DNA of 43,386 bases from Nemertoderma westbladi (lineage: Eukaryota; Animalia; Xenacoelomorpha), in assembly GCA_032718475.1 (NCBI GenBank), contig JAUCBJ010007643.1, forward strand, positions 1 through 43,386. Direction: 5' to 3'. This document shows, one piece after another, positions 24,220 through 36,515 of this stretch (position 1 is the stretch's first letter; the number at the start of each line of letters is the position of its first letter). The notes beneath the pieces are model-generated. The model worked only from the letters and a program-made list of their open reading frames with translations. It was not told the origin of the DNA and ran no database searches. The position numbers and the translations under genes were made by a program.

Positions 24220-26269
24220 GTATCTAATCTACCGTACATCGTTATAGTTGAACTTAATGTACTAACTCTACTGTACCAATACTGCTTGACACTGCTACAC
24301 ACTTCAACTGGCAGTAGTTAGTTACCTTGTCGTGATGGTTGTTCGGCTCGGTTCGATTTCCAATTCCAACTGTCTCTAAGTTTATTAAAAACTTGTCTAT
24401 TTCCAATCAACCTATGAAACCAGAGTTGATGACGCACCCGCCATATCAAAGCATAATTAGTTAATTTTCGCTTTTTTTCTCTCAGACCTTAACATTCCTA
24501 CACGTCCATGATAAATTGAAATGGCCAGATTTCAGATAACGCACTGCAAAAACCGTTATGTTAAAAAAAAATGTTAAGTTCCCTTCTGCTCCTCTGGCTG
24601 GAAACGACACGACAGCTTCGTATATTCCCTAGCTGTCTGATCCTTGGTGGAAGGAGATTCACATCTGGCTGTTAACACATATGTTTTTATCTGTGTAGTC
24701 TGATTCCTATTTCCTAGTGCCGAGGCACCAGGTACTAACTACAGTGTATATTTTTGATGTCGTATAAGCTGCGGCCTGATACCCAGGGCAGGTCTAGACT
24801 CCAGTAGATTATACAGTACTAATCAATTCATTTTTAGTTGACTTGGCCTGACTTAGCTCAGCTCACTTTTCTATACAGTTGCCATTTCAGATACCTTACC
24901 CATTTTCCATTTAAGCCTTATCCATTTTTAGTTGATAAATAATTCAATTTAAATTTCTGTCTGGCAGCGTGGCAGGTAAAACTGTTTGATATGATTTGAT
25001 TGGATAACATGGCTTAGCCCATGTCCCACATGATACACAATATTTTTGAAGTTGAATATTTTGACCAGAGAATGATGAGTGTAACTTCCCTCTCGGCCTC
25101 TCTCTGTGACAAAGTTGCCTGCGAAGTTCTAGACTTCCGTGACGAACTTCTAAACAAATTATATAAAAACTGTATAACCAAAAGATTAAGGAAAATTTAG
25201 AGATTTGAGAGTTCCACAGTTTGGTCAATGGTTCCACAAATCGGGATTTTAGTTAAGGGGGGGGGGGGGGGGGGGTCACTAATTAACTAAACATTTTCAT
25301 CCCATTATTTAATTTAGGAGATGGATTTTATCCAAAGTAATTGAAGTTTTGCACACTTGTATACAATAATGTGTAAAAAAAATTTCAAAAATTTTTTTTC
25401 TAAATTTTTAATTTTAATAAATCAACATAATTTATGCAATAATTTTTTTAAATCCAAAGGCTTTTAGAGGGATGGGCATCAAGGGATGGTCATCAAGGGA
25501 CCCGGAGTTTCGACAGAGTTTCGACAGATTTCGCAATTTTTGGCCAAAAATTGCAATATTTTGTTAAATATTTCACCTATAACAAAAAAAATCAAAAAAG
25601 TGGTAAAAGGAGGTGTTAAGCATCACCCATTCATCATTCGTGCCAAATTTCACAATTTCATTCGTTCGTTTTTGGAAAAGCCCCTGTATTTTGAAATTTA
25701 AAATTTGCATTCTTCAGAAAACGCATTTAAAGTTTATCGTTACTTACTTAGTTGTTCAATGACAAAACCAACAACAATAGTTTAACAATAAATTAACACA
25801 ATATAGTGGAGCACAATTCTAAATGTTATCTGTTACTAAAGATTTGATTTAATTTTTGATTTGATATATTTTTTGATTTATACCGAGTTGGTCATACACA
25901 TTAACACTTGCATTAAATTAAACTGACAGTTAAGCATTTTATAATTTAAAAATTTGTATTAAAGGAAGGGATTTAGTTTTTGAGTGTTGATAGTGCACTG
26001 TTAGTAGTTGACAGTAGCCGAAGCTAGTTTTGTCAACTGCTATCAACGGCCAGTTCGGGGGGGGGGGGGGGGGGGGTGGTGGTGGTGGTGGTGGTGGTGG
26101 TGGTGTGGTTAGCCTATCCAACCAGCAACAGCAACGTTATGCAGACTGTATCGTTAGGGTATTTTAATTAATTAATTAAAATATATTAATATTTAAAATA
26201 TATAATATCGGATATTATATTTGAATTAATTCAAATGTTAGAATTCACACAACCCAGCTGAAAATTTTA

Positions 26270-27050
26270 TTGCAAGGGTTTTCCGGGTCGCTGATTTTAT
26301 TTCTGAGGTAAGTCAGTTTTCTCATATGACTGCGTCATGTCTGTTTGAATTGGTGACGGTCTGTCCGTCAAAATATGACCGACATCTTAACAGACAATGT
26401 GGATGACGTAATACTTGACAATTGACATCGGAAATGAAATCACCAACCATTAAAACGCTCATATCAAAATTCTAAGATAGTTGGTATGGTTTCCTATTAC
26501 TTTGACAGACAGATCCTTGGACAGGCAGAAAAACCGACAGACAGACATCCAGGTAGGTTAGAACTGAAATCACGACTGACGTCGTGATCCGAATGACGAC
26601 TGTTCATAACTGACGTCGGAAATGAAATCAGCAGCCAGGATAACCCCCATAACAGAACTTATAGCTGGGTGGAATGCTTTCATAAATTTTGACTGACAGA
26701 CAGACGGACATACAAACTGACCGACAGACAGACATAATATACTTCTCTAAATATGAAAATCGAAATGGAAAGGGATATCAGCGACCTGGAAAACCACAAC
26801 AAAAAAGTTATAGCTTGATGGTATGATGTCCTTATATTTTTGACGGACAGATTGTCGGACGGACAGACAGACTGACAGACATAAATATTTATATAATAGT
26901 TTTCGTTAAGTGAAAACTGACGTCTATAATGAAATCAGCGACAAATGAAAACTCCCATTACAAAACGTTTAGCTATGATGAAAGCTTTTGTTATATTTAG
27001 ACAGACAAACTGTAAGAAACACAATCCCAGACGGACACTTTCTACAAACA
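26270..27050. repeat. Degenerate 150-190-bp repeats with (GACA)n tracts, Helentron/Helitron-like
   Basis: Recurring GAAATGAAATCAGC-like motif at ~26431, 26618, 26768, 26928, an inverted copy near 26285, and ACAGACAGAC tracts. Confidence 0.5.
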
Positions 27051-27461
27051 CTTACACAGAGTAAGGTTAACATAATCACTCATAACTGTTGAACTACATT
27101 AGCTATTAACAAACGGTTTGACGTTTTGAAATCCTCATAAAAATCTACACAAGACGCTAGAGGGGATTGTAATTGAAAAATTTATTTTTTCTTTTTTTTT
27201 CGGAATTAGTGAACCCTGAAGTGTTATTGTTAATTTATAGCTTTATAGAATAATATATAGGCCCTATACTTTCTATTGATATACTTTATAATTACATGCG
27301 GAATTATAAGTGAGATATTTACCTACGCATTAGAACACTTTTTTCAGTTATATTAAATATTGGTACCGATACCGCGCGGGGCATACTGTATACTAGTTAG
27401 ACATATTTCTTTTTTGCACTTAATATAATATCAGTATTATTACAGTTCTGGACTACTTCTA

Positions 27462-28184
27462 CCGGGTGTTCCATAATGATTGCCCCCCCCTCCACCGGGC
27501 ATCGGCCAAAACTGCCAGACATGCACTTTAGTGTAATATCTCGAAAGATAATTTAATTCTGAGCTTGCATGCAAAAATTTAGGGTCCAATACAAAAGTAT
27601 AAAAATTTTATAGACTATTCTTTAAACCTATCTTATTTTTCAATATTTTTGATTTAATCACAATTAAAAAAATATAATTTATCCAGCGTTAGTCATTAGC
27701 TTTGCCTTTCCCCTGTTTCCCCTTTGCAACACGGGGAGCTCCTCGATAGTGGCAAAGGATGTTGGCCTTTAAAAGGGCCGTTTTGGTTTGAGTTCAGTTT
27801 GATTATGCCACAGAATCACGACCCTCTCTAAAAGTAACTTCTCTGATCCTGTCAACCATACGTTTTTCTTCAGAATCATCGAAGATTGCACTGGAACTTG
27901 TCATTTTAATTACTTCTTGGTAGGCCTAATTCCGAAAAATTACCAAAGAAACACTAATACCGGTAACTGAATACTGTAATATATTGCAATACAGCAAAAG
28001 TCAGGCAGTAATAATTGTTTATACAGGGCTGCAAATCTGATCACTAACGCTGGATAAGTTATATTTTTTTAATTGTGATTAAATAAAAAATATTGAAAAG
28101 TGAGATAGGTTTGAAGAATGGCCTACAAAATCGTTATACTTTTGTAAAGGACCCTAAATTTTTGCAAGCAAGCTCAGAATTAAT
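27462..28184. mobile_element. Tc1/mariner-like non-autonomous element, right end truncated
   Basis: TA-CCGGGTG left terminus; ~140-bp inverted repeats at 27553-27693 and 28043-28184. Confidence 0.65.
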
Positions 28185-28404
28185 TAGGTTGAGCTGTAAT
28201 GCAACTGTAATTACAATGTAATTGTAATTGCAATGTTGTAATATTACGGTTTTGTTCAGAAGTGGAAAAAATAAATTTGCAGGTAACTTAAGTCTGCCTG
28301 TTCAATAGAAGTGGATTAGATGTGAGAGCGAGTGTCAGGGGCAAGTATGGCTGAAATGGTTTGCGCTACTGATACGGCCTGAAACGCCAAAACGTAGGTA
28401 TAGC

Positions 28405-28715
28405 GCTACTATACTACTACTACTACGGGCATGCTGCATTGCAGCTGCATTATATATATATTACATATATATTAAAAATGCTGTGCCGTCTTGTCGACGT
28501 AATTGCTCCGCCACAACTCCCCATCACCCATGACATTTGGTAGGTCATCCGGTTGATGATGCCATAAATAATCGAACTTTGAGGTTCCGTTATATTTTAT
28601 GGCATTTCCTAATCCTGAGCATTCAAGGCTTCCCATGCCTTCCCCTTACGTATCCGAAGGTCCACCTGACTTTCGGATCCATGATCCCATGTAGCAGAAG
28701 TTATCCACGTGCGCG
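28405..28715 (-). mobile_element. Internally deleted RTE LINE fragment (second family)
   Basis: (TAC)n tail, the shared 3' motif, then DLRIRKGKAWEALN, which matches DLRKRKGKAWAALN in the 34-35 kb copy. Confidence 0.85.
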
Positions 28716-29025
28716 AACATGTGAATGACGTATAGCCCTGGTTCAATCCCCGCCCGGTGCCGTGCGTCTTCATTTTTTCCATTTCTGAACCAAACCTTAA
28801 TATTACATCATTGTAAAAAAAGAACAATACATCAAACAATCATATAAATATTGAGCAACAACATAACATATAGGATTACCCCTAAAGCTTTGCAAATTAT
28901 TTCCAAGGCGGTCCTTTATGTATCTGATATTTCTTTATATTATATTTTTCAATAATAATATATACCACTCAGTCACTTACAAGTATATAAATATACTATT
29001 TCACAAATAGCATAAAACTAATGTA

Positions 29026-29958
29026 CACCATGACCCGTAATATAGTTTCATTTTCTGATGACACGGACCCCCCCCCCCCCCAGATTTTTCTACAAATATT
29101 TATAATATTGCTTGAAATTTGAAATACCACTAGTTCCACTCACCGTGGTTGACCCCATGAAGCCGGAATTTTGGATTTTGCCTTTAAATTTTTTTTATAA
29201 GCGTTTTAAAGTCTTTTTTTTCTTTAAAGTTTTTTGTATTTTGCTTAATCGCACCCTCCGTATCGTGGCCATTCTTCACATTAGTCGTAATTTCTTCATA
29301 TCATTAAAAAGCTTGCGTTGCAAGGATTCCAAACATGTAACAATATCTGAATTTCGTTGAGAAACAACTGAGATATAGGCGTTCAAAGATTGCAAGAATT
29401 ATCGTTCTCTGCAGGCCATTTATTCTATTTAATAATACACAAAATTCTAGAATGTGTTATTTATTTTATAAGTTGGTTGGCAACAGCGGTATTCCTATCC
29501 AATATATATATTGCATAGCTATTCATACTTAAACAAAATGTTCCAGAACATCGTGTATTTATTAAATGGAATAAATGGCCTTCAGCGAACGATACTTCTT
29601 GCAATCTTTGAACACATAAGTTCAGTTGTTTCTCAACGACATTCAGATATTGTTACATATTTGGAATCCTTGGAACGCAAGCTTTTTAATGATATGAAAA
29701 AATTACGACTAATGTGAAGAATGGCCACGATACGGAGGGTGCGATTTCGCAAAAGACACTTTTTTAAAACGCTTATAAAAAAAATTTATAGGCAAAATCG
29801 AAAATTCCGGCTTCGGGGTCATCGACGGTGAGTGGAACTAGTGGTGTTTCAAATATTCAAGCAATATGATAAAGATTTGTAGAAAAATCTGGGGGGGGGG
29901 GGGGGGGGTGGGGGGGTCCGTGTCATCCGAAAATGACACTATATTACGGGACATGGTG
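29026..29958. mobile_element. Foldback MITE with ~430-bp terminal inverted repeats and TA duplication (Tc1/mariner type)
   Basis: TA-CACCATG...CATGGTG-TA; the arms pair over ~29026-29452 and ~29540-29958. Confidence 0.9.
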
Positions 29959-30382
29959 TATATACGTACGGTACTTATTCATATTACTATGTACACGTCA
30001 TTTTATAATATATAATACGTAACTTTAGTATATAGTAAATGGTTAATAAACTATTAACTTACTGAAGCACTACTATTGTATTATTATTTTTTACACTGCA
30101 CACAGAGGTAATACTTAACTGCAGATTTAAAGAAATGTTGATTATCTGGGTGTTTTTTTATTTCATTTAGAGAGAGCGTTCCAATTTTTTATTCTGTTAA
30201 AAAAGAAAGTATCAGATTATATGGATTTACAATTCGGCAAGTAAAAGTTTGAAGCACTAGCTCTGATGTAGGATTTGTTGCTTAGATGTTTAGCGATAAT
30301 AGAAACCCGTTGAAATTATGTGTCATTTATATCTCATTGGATATAACTGAAGTCATATATAATTGTATATTTCTGTTATCAG

Positions 30383-30504
30383 GTCCCTTCGTACGTGGAA
30401 ATCAACGCTTATAGTGAATCTGTGTGTCAGTGACTTCTTATTTGGATTGAGCTTCGTTCAAAAGTTATTGGAATTTGTTCATCCACATACGGCATGGTCA
30501 CCAC
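30383..30504 (+). CDS. GPCR exon 2 (ICL1 and TM2)
   Basis: Acceptor TTATCAG; SLRTWKSTLIVNLCVSDFLFGLSF... has the NLxxxD TM2 motif; phase matches exon 1; donor CAC|GTAAGT (phase 1). Confidence 0.9.
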
Positions 30505-31385
30505 GTAAGTAGAGTCAGTAGGCATACCCGCATACAGCATGGTCACCACGTAAGTAGAGTCAGTAACCATACCCGCATACAGCCTGGTCACCTGGTAAGT
30601 AGAGTCAGTAGGAATACCCGCATACAGCCTGGTCACCTGGTAAGTAGAGTCAGTAGCCATACCCACATACAGCCTGGTCACCTGGTAAGGTGAATCAGTA
30701 GCCATACTCGCATACAGCATGGTCGTCTGGTAAGTAGAGTCAGTAGGAATACCCGCATACAGCCTGGTCACCTGGTAAGTAGAGTCAGTAGGCATACCCG
30801 CATACAGCATGGTCACCACGTAAGTAGAGTCAGTAACCATACCCGCATACAGCCTGGTCACCTGGTAAGTAGAGTCAGTAGGAATACCCGCATACAGCCT
30901 GGTCACCTGGTAAGTAGAGTCAGTAGCCATACCCACATACAGCCTGGTCACCTGGTAAGGTGAATCAGTAGCCATACTCGCATACAGCATGGTCGTCTGG
31001 TAAGTAGAGTCAGTAGGAATACCCGCATACAGCCTGGTCACCTGGTAAGTAGAGTCAGTAGCCATACCCACATACAGCCTGGTCACCTGGTAAGGTGAAT
31101 CAGTAGCCATACTCGCATACAGCATGGTCGTCTGGTAAGGTGAGTCAGTAGGCATACCCGCATACATCACGGTCACCATGTAAGTAGAGTCAATAGCCAT
31201 ACCCGCATACAGCATGGTCTCCATTTAAGTAGAGTCAGTAGCCATACCCGCATACATCATGGTCACCACGTAAGTAGAGTCAGTAGCCATACCCGCATAC
31301 GGCATGGTCACCACTTATATAGAGTCATTAGCCCCTATATACAGCATTGTCACCACGTAAGTAGACGTAGAGTAAGTAGCCATGT
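30483..31385. repeat. 45-bp minisatellite (~20 copies) spanning the exon 2/intron 2 junction
   Basis: Unit approximates ATACCCGCATACAGCMTGGTCACCWSGTAAGTAGAGTCAGTAGCC; variant units recur at 270- and 135-bp periods. Confidence 0.97.
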
Positions 31386-31596
31386 AAAATTGTAGCATAG
31401 CTATATATATTAGTTTCGTAGTTCGTTTCATAGTCGTTTCATATTTTCATATCAAAATTAAATTTACATTATAGTAGACTCGATGAACAATGTTCTATAA
31501 TATATCATATACATACAGTAGCAGCGATATACAATCAATAAATCATTTATCGATAGTTCAGATTGCATTCGACGCAATCAAATGTCATCCTTCTCC

Positions 31597-31695
31597 AGGG
31601 GAAAATCGACGTAAATAACAGCTGATTACTCCAAAAAATAAACTATAACCTGTTCTTTTGACTTTAGTTTATTGTTTGGTTGGAATTACGTCCCT
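31597..31695 (+). repeat. Dispersed repeat with a second copy at ~37970-38065
   Basis: GGGGAAAATC...CTGATTACTCC...AAACTATA.CCTGTTCT.TTGAC.TTAGT...TTGGTTGGAAT in both copies. Confidence 0.8.
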
Positions 31696-31869
31696 AAGTA
31701 ATAGGATTCTTTCGATTAATTGTACATTTAACATTAAGACTCGATATTAATTCGCCGAAATTAATTCCACCCACCCCCATCCGATTATAAGTTTATGTTA
31801 TATAGAGAGAGTTACACATTATGTAAAAGGACCTGTCACGTTATAATTTAGTTTTATCTTATTTTTCAG

Positions 31870-32035
31870 AAGACAACGAACTGGTATTAAATTTTACTTG
31901 CAAAACAAATTACTTCATCTTCTACTTGAACCAAGTGACTACCATTATGTTTCTGGTCTGCATTTGTGTGGAAAGATATATAATAATTGTACATCATATA
32001 AAAGCAAACCGGATTCTATCACCAACTAAATTAAG
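31870..32035 (+). CDS. GPCR exon 3 (TM3 and ICL2)
   Basis: Acceptor TTTTTCAG; ...FTCKTNYFIFYLNQVTTIMFLVCICVERYIIIVH... has the TM3 Cys and the ERY motif; donor AG|GTAAAT. Confidence 0.93.
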
Positions 32036-32510
32036 GTAAATAGCAGGAACTGTGTGGATATATTATTATATTGATATTTTCTTTATTTATATAATATTTT
32101 AATAATTTACCCATTCTTAACGCCCACGGTTGAATATACCAATAATATAACAGTCAAAAGATGAAATTCAGGGGACTGCAGGAGACTAAGGCGGGTCTCT
32201 ATAGCTATACACATAGACTGATTCTAAAACTCAGACATATGAGTTTTAGCCACCATTGAGTATAATCATCTAAAAAATGTTGACGGTTTCTTGTCATGAT
32301 TGTCAACAATTATCAAGTGAACTAAATAATACTAAATAAAACCTGGAAAGGGAACAACTTATGGTACAATTTTCTATGTAAATGCAGTATAATTCAGTAT
32401 TTCAGTGGGCATTGCCGGAGAAGTAAATTTTTCCTCTACCAGATCTACTTTTCCTGTAACCAGCTAAGGTAGGTCTTCCAATGTACTAAAACCTACTGTA
32501 TGATGTACTG

Positions 32511-32597
32511 TATATAGACCAACTTGAAAGGGAAGTCTGGATGGATCTCATTTCTGCTGACAGAGCTCGCTCGACCTAGTACTAGTAGTAGTAGTGG
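32511..32597 (+). mobile_element. Internally deleted 3' end of the first RTE family
   Basis: TATATAGACCAACTTGAAAGGGA...GGATCTCATTTC...CGCTCGACCTAGT followed by (TAG)n matches 5416-5539. Confidence 0.85.
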
Positions 32598-32668
32598 TAC
32601 TACAATTTACCTAGAACCTTTTTTTTTATTTTAATATTCGAAATACACTCTATTTTCTACATTTACAG

Positions 32669-33076
32669 GGCAACTGCTACAATTGTATGGATCACAGCAA
32701 TAGTATTATGCTCTCCATTCTTTATTTTTTCTGGTCCGTGGAATGTACCCGGCTATCAAATATGCAATGTGGGATATCTTCCAAACGGATTTTCACCTAT
32801 AATGAATATAGCAGCGACCAACATGAGTTACTGCAATATCGGAGGGAAAACACAATTTGAAGTAGCGTTTCCTATTTTTAAAATTACGATATTGTATTTA
32901 ATACCCACGTGTGTGATGCTAATTTTGTACGGAAATATTCTGCGGACTTTATCATTTAGTCTGAATAACCCCATGCTCGGTATCATACAACAATCTTCTT
33001 TAACCAATAAGAATAATACTCGCCCCATCCCACAATCGAGTATCATGGCTTCCATTTTCTCTACAACTTATAAAAG
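32669..33076 (+). CDS. GPCR exon 4 (TM4, ECL2, TM5, start of ICL3)
   Basis: Acceptor TTTACAG; IVWITAIVLCSPFF (TM4 W...P) and YLIPTCVMLILYGNI (TM5); donor AG|GTGAGT. Confidence 0.93.
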
Positions 33077-33619
33077 GTGAGTATTATTAATAAACTTACA
33101 GACACTTATTAAACTTGTGTATAGAGGCACATTAATGAGGGATACAAACATTAATTAGAGACACAGATATATATGGTCGCAAGAATTAATGAGAGACACA
33201 AACATTAGTTAGGGAGAAATATATGGATGTGGGTTACAAATTAATGAGAGACACGTCAATATTATTAATGAGTGGTTTTAAATATTAATAAGGGGTACAA
33301 GGTATAACTTATTATACTGTAAGACTCAGCACCATATTAACCGGTATTAGAACTATTTTTATTGCAAACTAATTTTTATTCACATGGTAATGTGAAGCAG
33401 TACATATATATACATTCTTTTAATTTTCTTCAATAATACACTCAAAGGTTCTTCACTCAGGGGATACTTGGGAATGAACCATTGTTACGGTCTATTACGA
33501 ATTATTTATGTTTTGTTTGTATAGGCTAATTAATACATCATAGATAATAATATGAAAAAATATATTGGAAATAGTGCAATGGCCAACATTTTTAGGATAC
33601 AATTTAAGATGTATTGGGT

Positions 33620-35830
33620 CTGTTTGGAGCTATGTGCATCATACTTGACACAAAGAACCCGATGTAGCATTCTTGTGTATGAGCGAGAGCCATCCATCAC
33701 CTGCAGTGAAAACCCAGCATGGACTCCCATATATAAGTACTGGTTCTACTCCTGATTTAAATAATTGTTCCTTATAATTCCAATGTATTCTATGTGACCT
33801 CAAAATCCGTGACAACCCATTCAAAGCTGCCTATATGCCAACCATATTTAATGAATAACCCCAACCCCATACACATATTCAAAGGTATTCATCTGAATTC
33901 CACATCCATGATCGCAAACGGCAGAAGTTAACCATAGTCTCAAGCATACCACCATCAGTTGTATTGACTAGGAAAGGCTCTTATTAAAATCTAATAGCAT
34001 TCCTTTAGTGGAAACTTCATAGAGATCTACAGAAATGTATGCCACATTTGACTCCGAGAGTTTGCTTGGTCCAAAGCATTTTGAATGTTCAAAATATTGG
34101 TTTTATAATTTAAGTCAATTAAATATTAAAGGGTGAATGTTGTCCATATATATTGACATTTTCATGTCCCTCCTTGCTCCTCTGTAGGCTTTTTTTTTGT
34201 TTTTGTTTATTAGCGTTTGTTTATGGAAGCGATGCCTTCTACCTCGGGTTGACCATCTGTGAACGTCGCCTGACTGGTTGTTCTATGCCTACTACTACTA
34301 CTACTAGGATCGGCATGCTGCATTGCAGCTGCATTTTTAAGAATGCTGTGCCGGCTTATCGACAAAATTGCACCGCCACAACTCCCTATCACCCATGACA
34401 TTTGCTAGATCATCCGCATCTTCAAGGCCAGTGTCCTTTAAGATGCGTCTCAAGAAAGTCATGGGCTGTCCACCATGCTTACTCACTCCATAAGGCTGCC
34501 AAAGTACAAGATTATGCACTGGCTGGTCCTCACGGCGAAAGCAATGTCCTGCAAAGCGGAGGCGATTTTGTTCTAGTGTCAAGCTTGGGGGAACCAATGA
34601 GACACCTCCAATGTTATATAGTGTCTGGTTGGAGATGTGTGCATTGAACTTGACACAATGAACCCGGTGTAGCATTCTTGTGAATGTGCCATCCAGAGAT
34701 TTGGTGTCCTCAGCAGTTAGAGCCCAGCATGGACTCCCATAGAGGAGTACTGAAACTACTGCTGCTCTAAATAACCGGACCTTAAGTTTCCGATTAATTC
34801 TCGGTGACTTCCAAATCCTGGAAAGCCTATTCAAGGCTGCCCATGCCTTTCCCTTACGTTTTCGAAGGTCCTCACCTGACTTCCGGATCCAAGATCCCAG
34901 GTAACAGAAGTCATCCACATGCTCAAGCATACCATCGTTTGAGCTTATGCTCATCCGATCAGAGACTTGCTGAGGACTTTCAAAGTTAACTGTCAAAATT
35001 TTGGTCTTTCTGGAGTTAATAAAAAGACCAACACTAGAAGCAGAATGTTCTAATGAGCTGAGGAGCCGTTGGGCTCCCTCTAGTGATTCTGAGAGTACTC
35101 CTAAGTCATCAGCAAAGTCTGGATCAGTTAGGTACTTGGCAGGATTTCCTCGACTTCTGGAGCCAGTAGGTGGAGTTATCATCACCCCATCTTCTTTATG
35201 ATGATCTAATGACATGCGTAGAACATAGTCAACAACAATTATGAACAAGAATGGTGCAAGTGTGTCTCCCTGGAGGACACTGTTCTATGCCTGGTTTCTT
35301 TTACTGCTGTCATCTTTGACTGGGAGTTGCTGGTAGAGAGTCCTCTCATTTGGTTCAAGTCGGGCACAGTGGCCACTTGACTCACCCTGGTCACTTCCAA
35401 ATTATTAATAACAAAGGCGGTCAATTGGGTAAGGGTATTGAAAGGTCCACACAGTTTCCCCTTACTCTTTTCGAATATGTTGTTTGTATGTATCAATTCA
35501 CATTCTTCCATTAGGTCTAAGAGTAAGCACCAATTTCTTTTCGAACTGGTGTTATAGTTGTAACCCTGTAAGTCTTATGGCCCATTTGCACATTCAGGTT
35601 ACCAGCAATGACTTTCAAATTGTGTTTCGGAATGTCATTTATAAGTCCATTCAGATCTTTATAAAACTTGACTGCTTGTTCTGGCTCTTTTAAATCGAAT
35701 TTACAGATTCGATTTTGTTTAGGGTCTGAGGTGCAAATGGGCTTAGCAAAATTATTACTCCACCAATTGATGCATTTGCCGAATTTCTTTCCGTTTTGCT
35801 TTTTACAAATGTCCATCAATTGTCGTGACA
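33620..35830 (-). mobile_element. Old degraded RTE LINE (endonuclease and RT remnants) split by a younger RTE insertion
   Basis: Endonuclease-like FYKDLNGLINDIPKHNLKVIAGNLNVQMG (~35575-35665) and C-terminal LFKSGVEPVLIYGSPCW / YTRMLHRVLCVKY (~33630-33765); ends approximate. Confidence 0.75.
34291..35280 (-). mobile_element. Young 5'-truncated RTE LINE with (TAG)n tail and 12-bp target-site duplication
   Basis: Uninterrupted frame VLQGDTLAPFLFIIVVDY...DFADDL...YLGS...RLRFAGHC; TGTTCTATGCCT at 34279-34290 and 35281-35292. Confidence 0.95.
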
Positions 35831-36336
35831 TGACAAATCATGACAAATCCGATGTCGATGTTATATTCCATTGCCAGATATATCGATAAGATATAATCAA
35901 AACCGTGTAATGAAATATCCTACACGCAACTGACAAACAATAATTCACGATAATTTATTACGCACCATGTTTAATAAGAACAGAGGGAGGGTAGATGCAG
36001 TGAGAGGTTTATCTACTAAATAAGTAGGGAGGAGTGATGAACTTCCGGAGGGGGATGTTAAATGGCACAAGTGGAGTGGATAACCAACTGGACCGAATCT
36101 GGCAGGAAAACTGACAATATACTTAGTGCAAACCTCACCAACGCGAGAATGGATAACGTCGAGGGACACGATCCAAAAAGGGTGTCCCAATAATGAATTT
36201 ACACAGTGCAAGAAGGAAGGACGATTGTATATTTTATATTTACTTTTCGTAGACTTAGTTGACAAATTAACATCTTGAAAGAATAACCTTATTCACCAAT
36301 TAACTCTCCAATACTTTTCTCTTATTTGTATTTCAG

Positions 36337-36515
36337 ATGTAGAGGTTGGGGATCATCCCCGATTAGCATTGCTGATAAGAAACGCATTAATGATCGAATA
36401 ACAATTATCTGGGGTTATATAACTGTCGTAATTGTCTTCATTATTTGTTGGCTTCCTAATCATATTTATAACATAATGGAGTTGTGTCAAGTCATTCATC
36501 AAGACAAGAGCTCTG
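36337..36515 (+). CDS. GPCR exon 5 (ICL3 and TM6)
   Basis: Acceptor TATTTCAG, phase matches exon 4; ITVVIVFIICWLPNHIYNI has the CWxP motif; probable donor G|GTTAGT. Confidence 0.9.

Noticed and set aside
30427-31224. 265-aa repetitive minus-strand ORF and the 73-codon plus-strand ORF at 30475
   Set aside because: By-products of a 45-bp (multiple of 3) minisatellite derived from the plus-strand exon junction.
35945-36290. Possible degraded transposon coding fragment
   Set aside because: Composition differs from the flanks, but I could not assign any motif.
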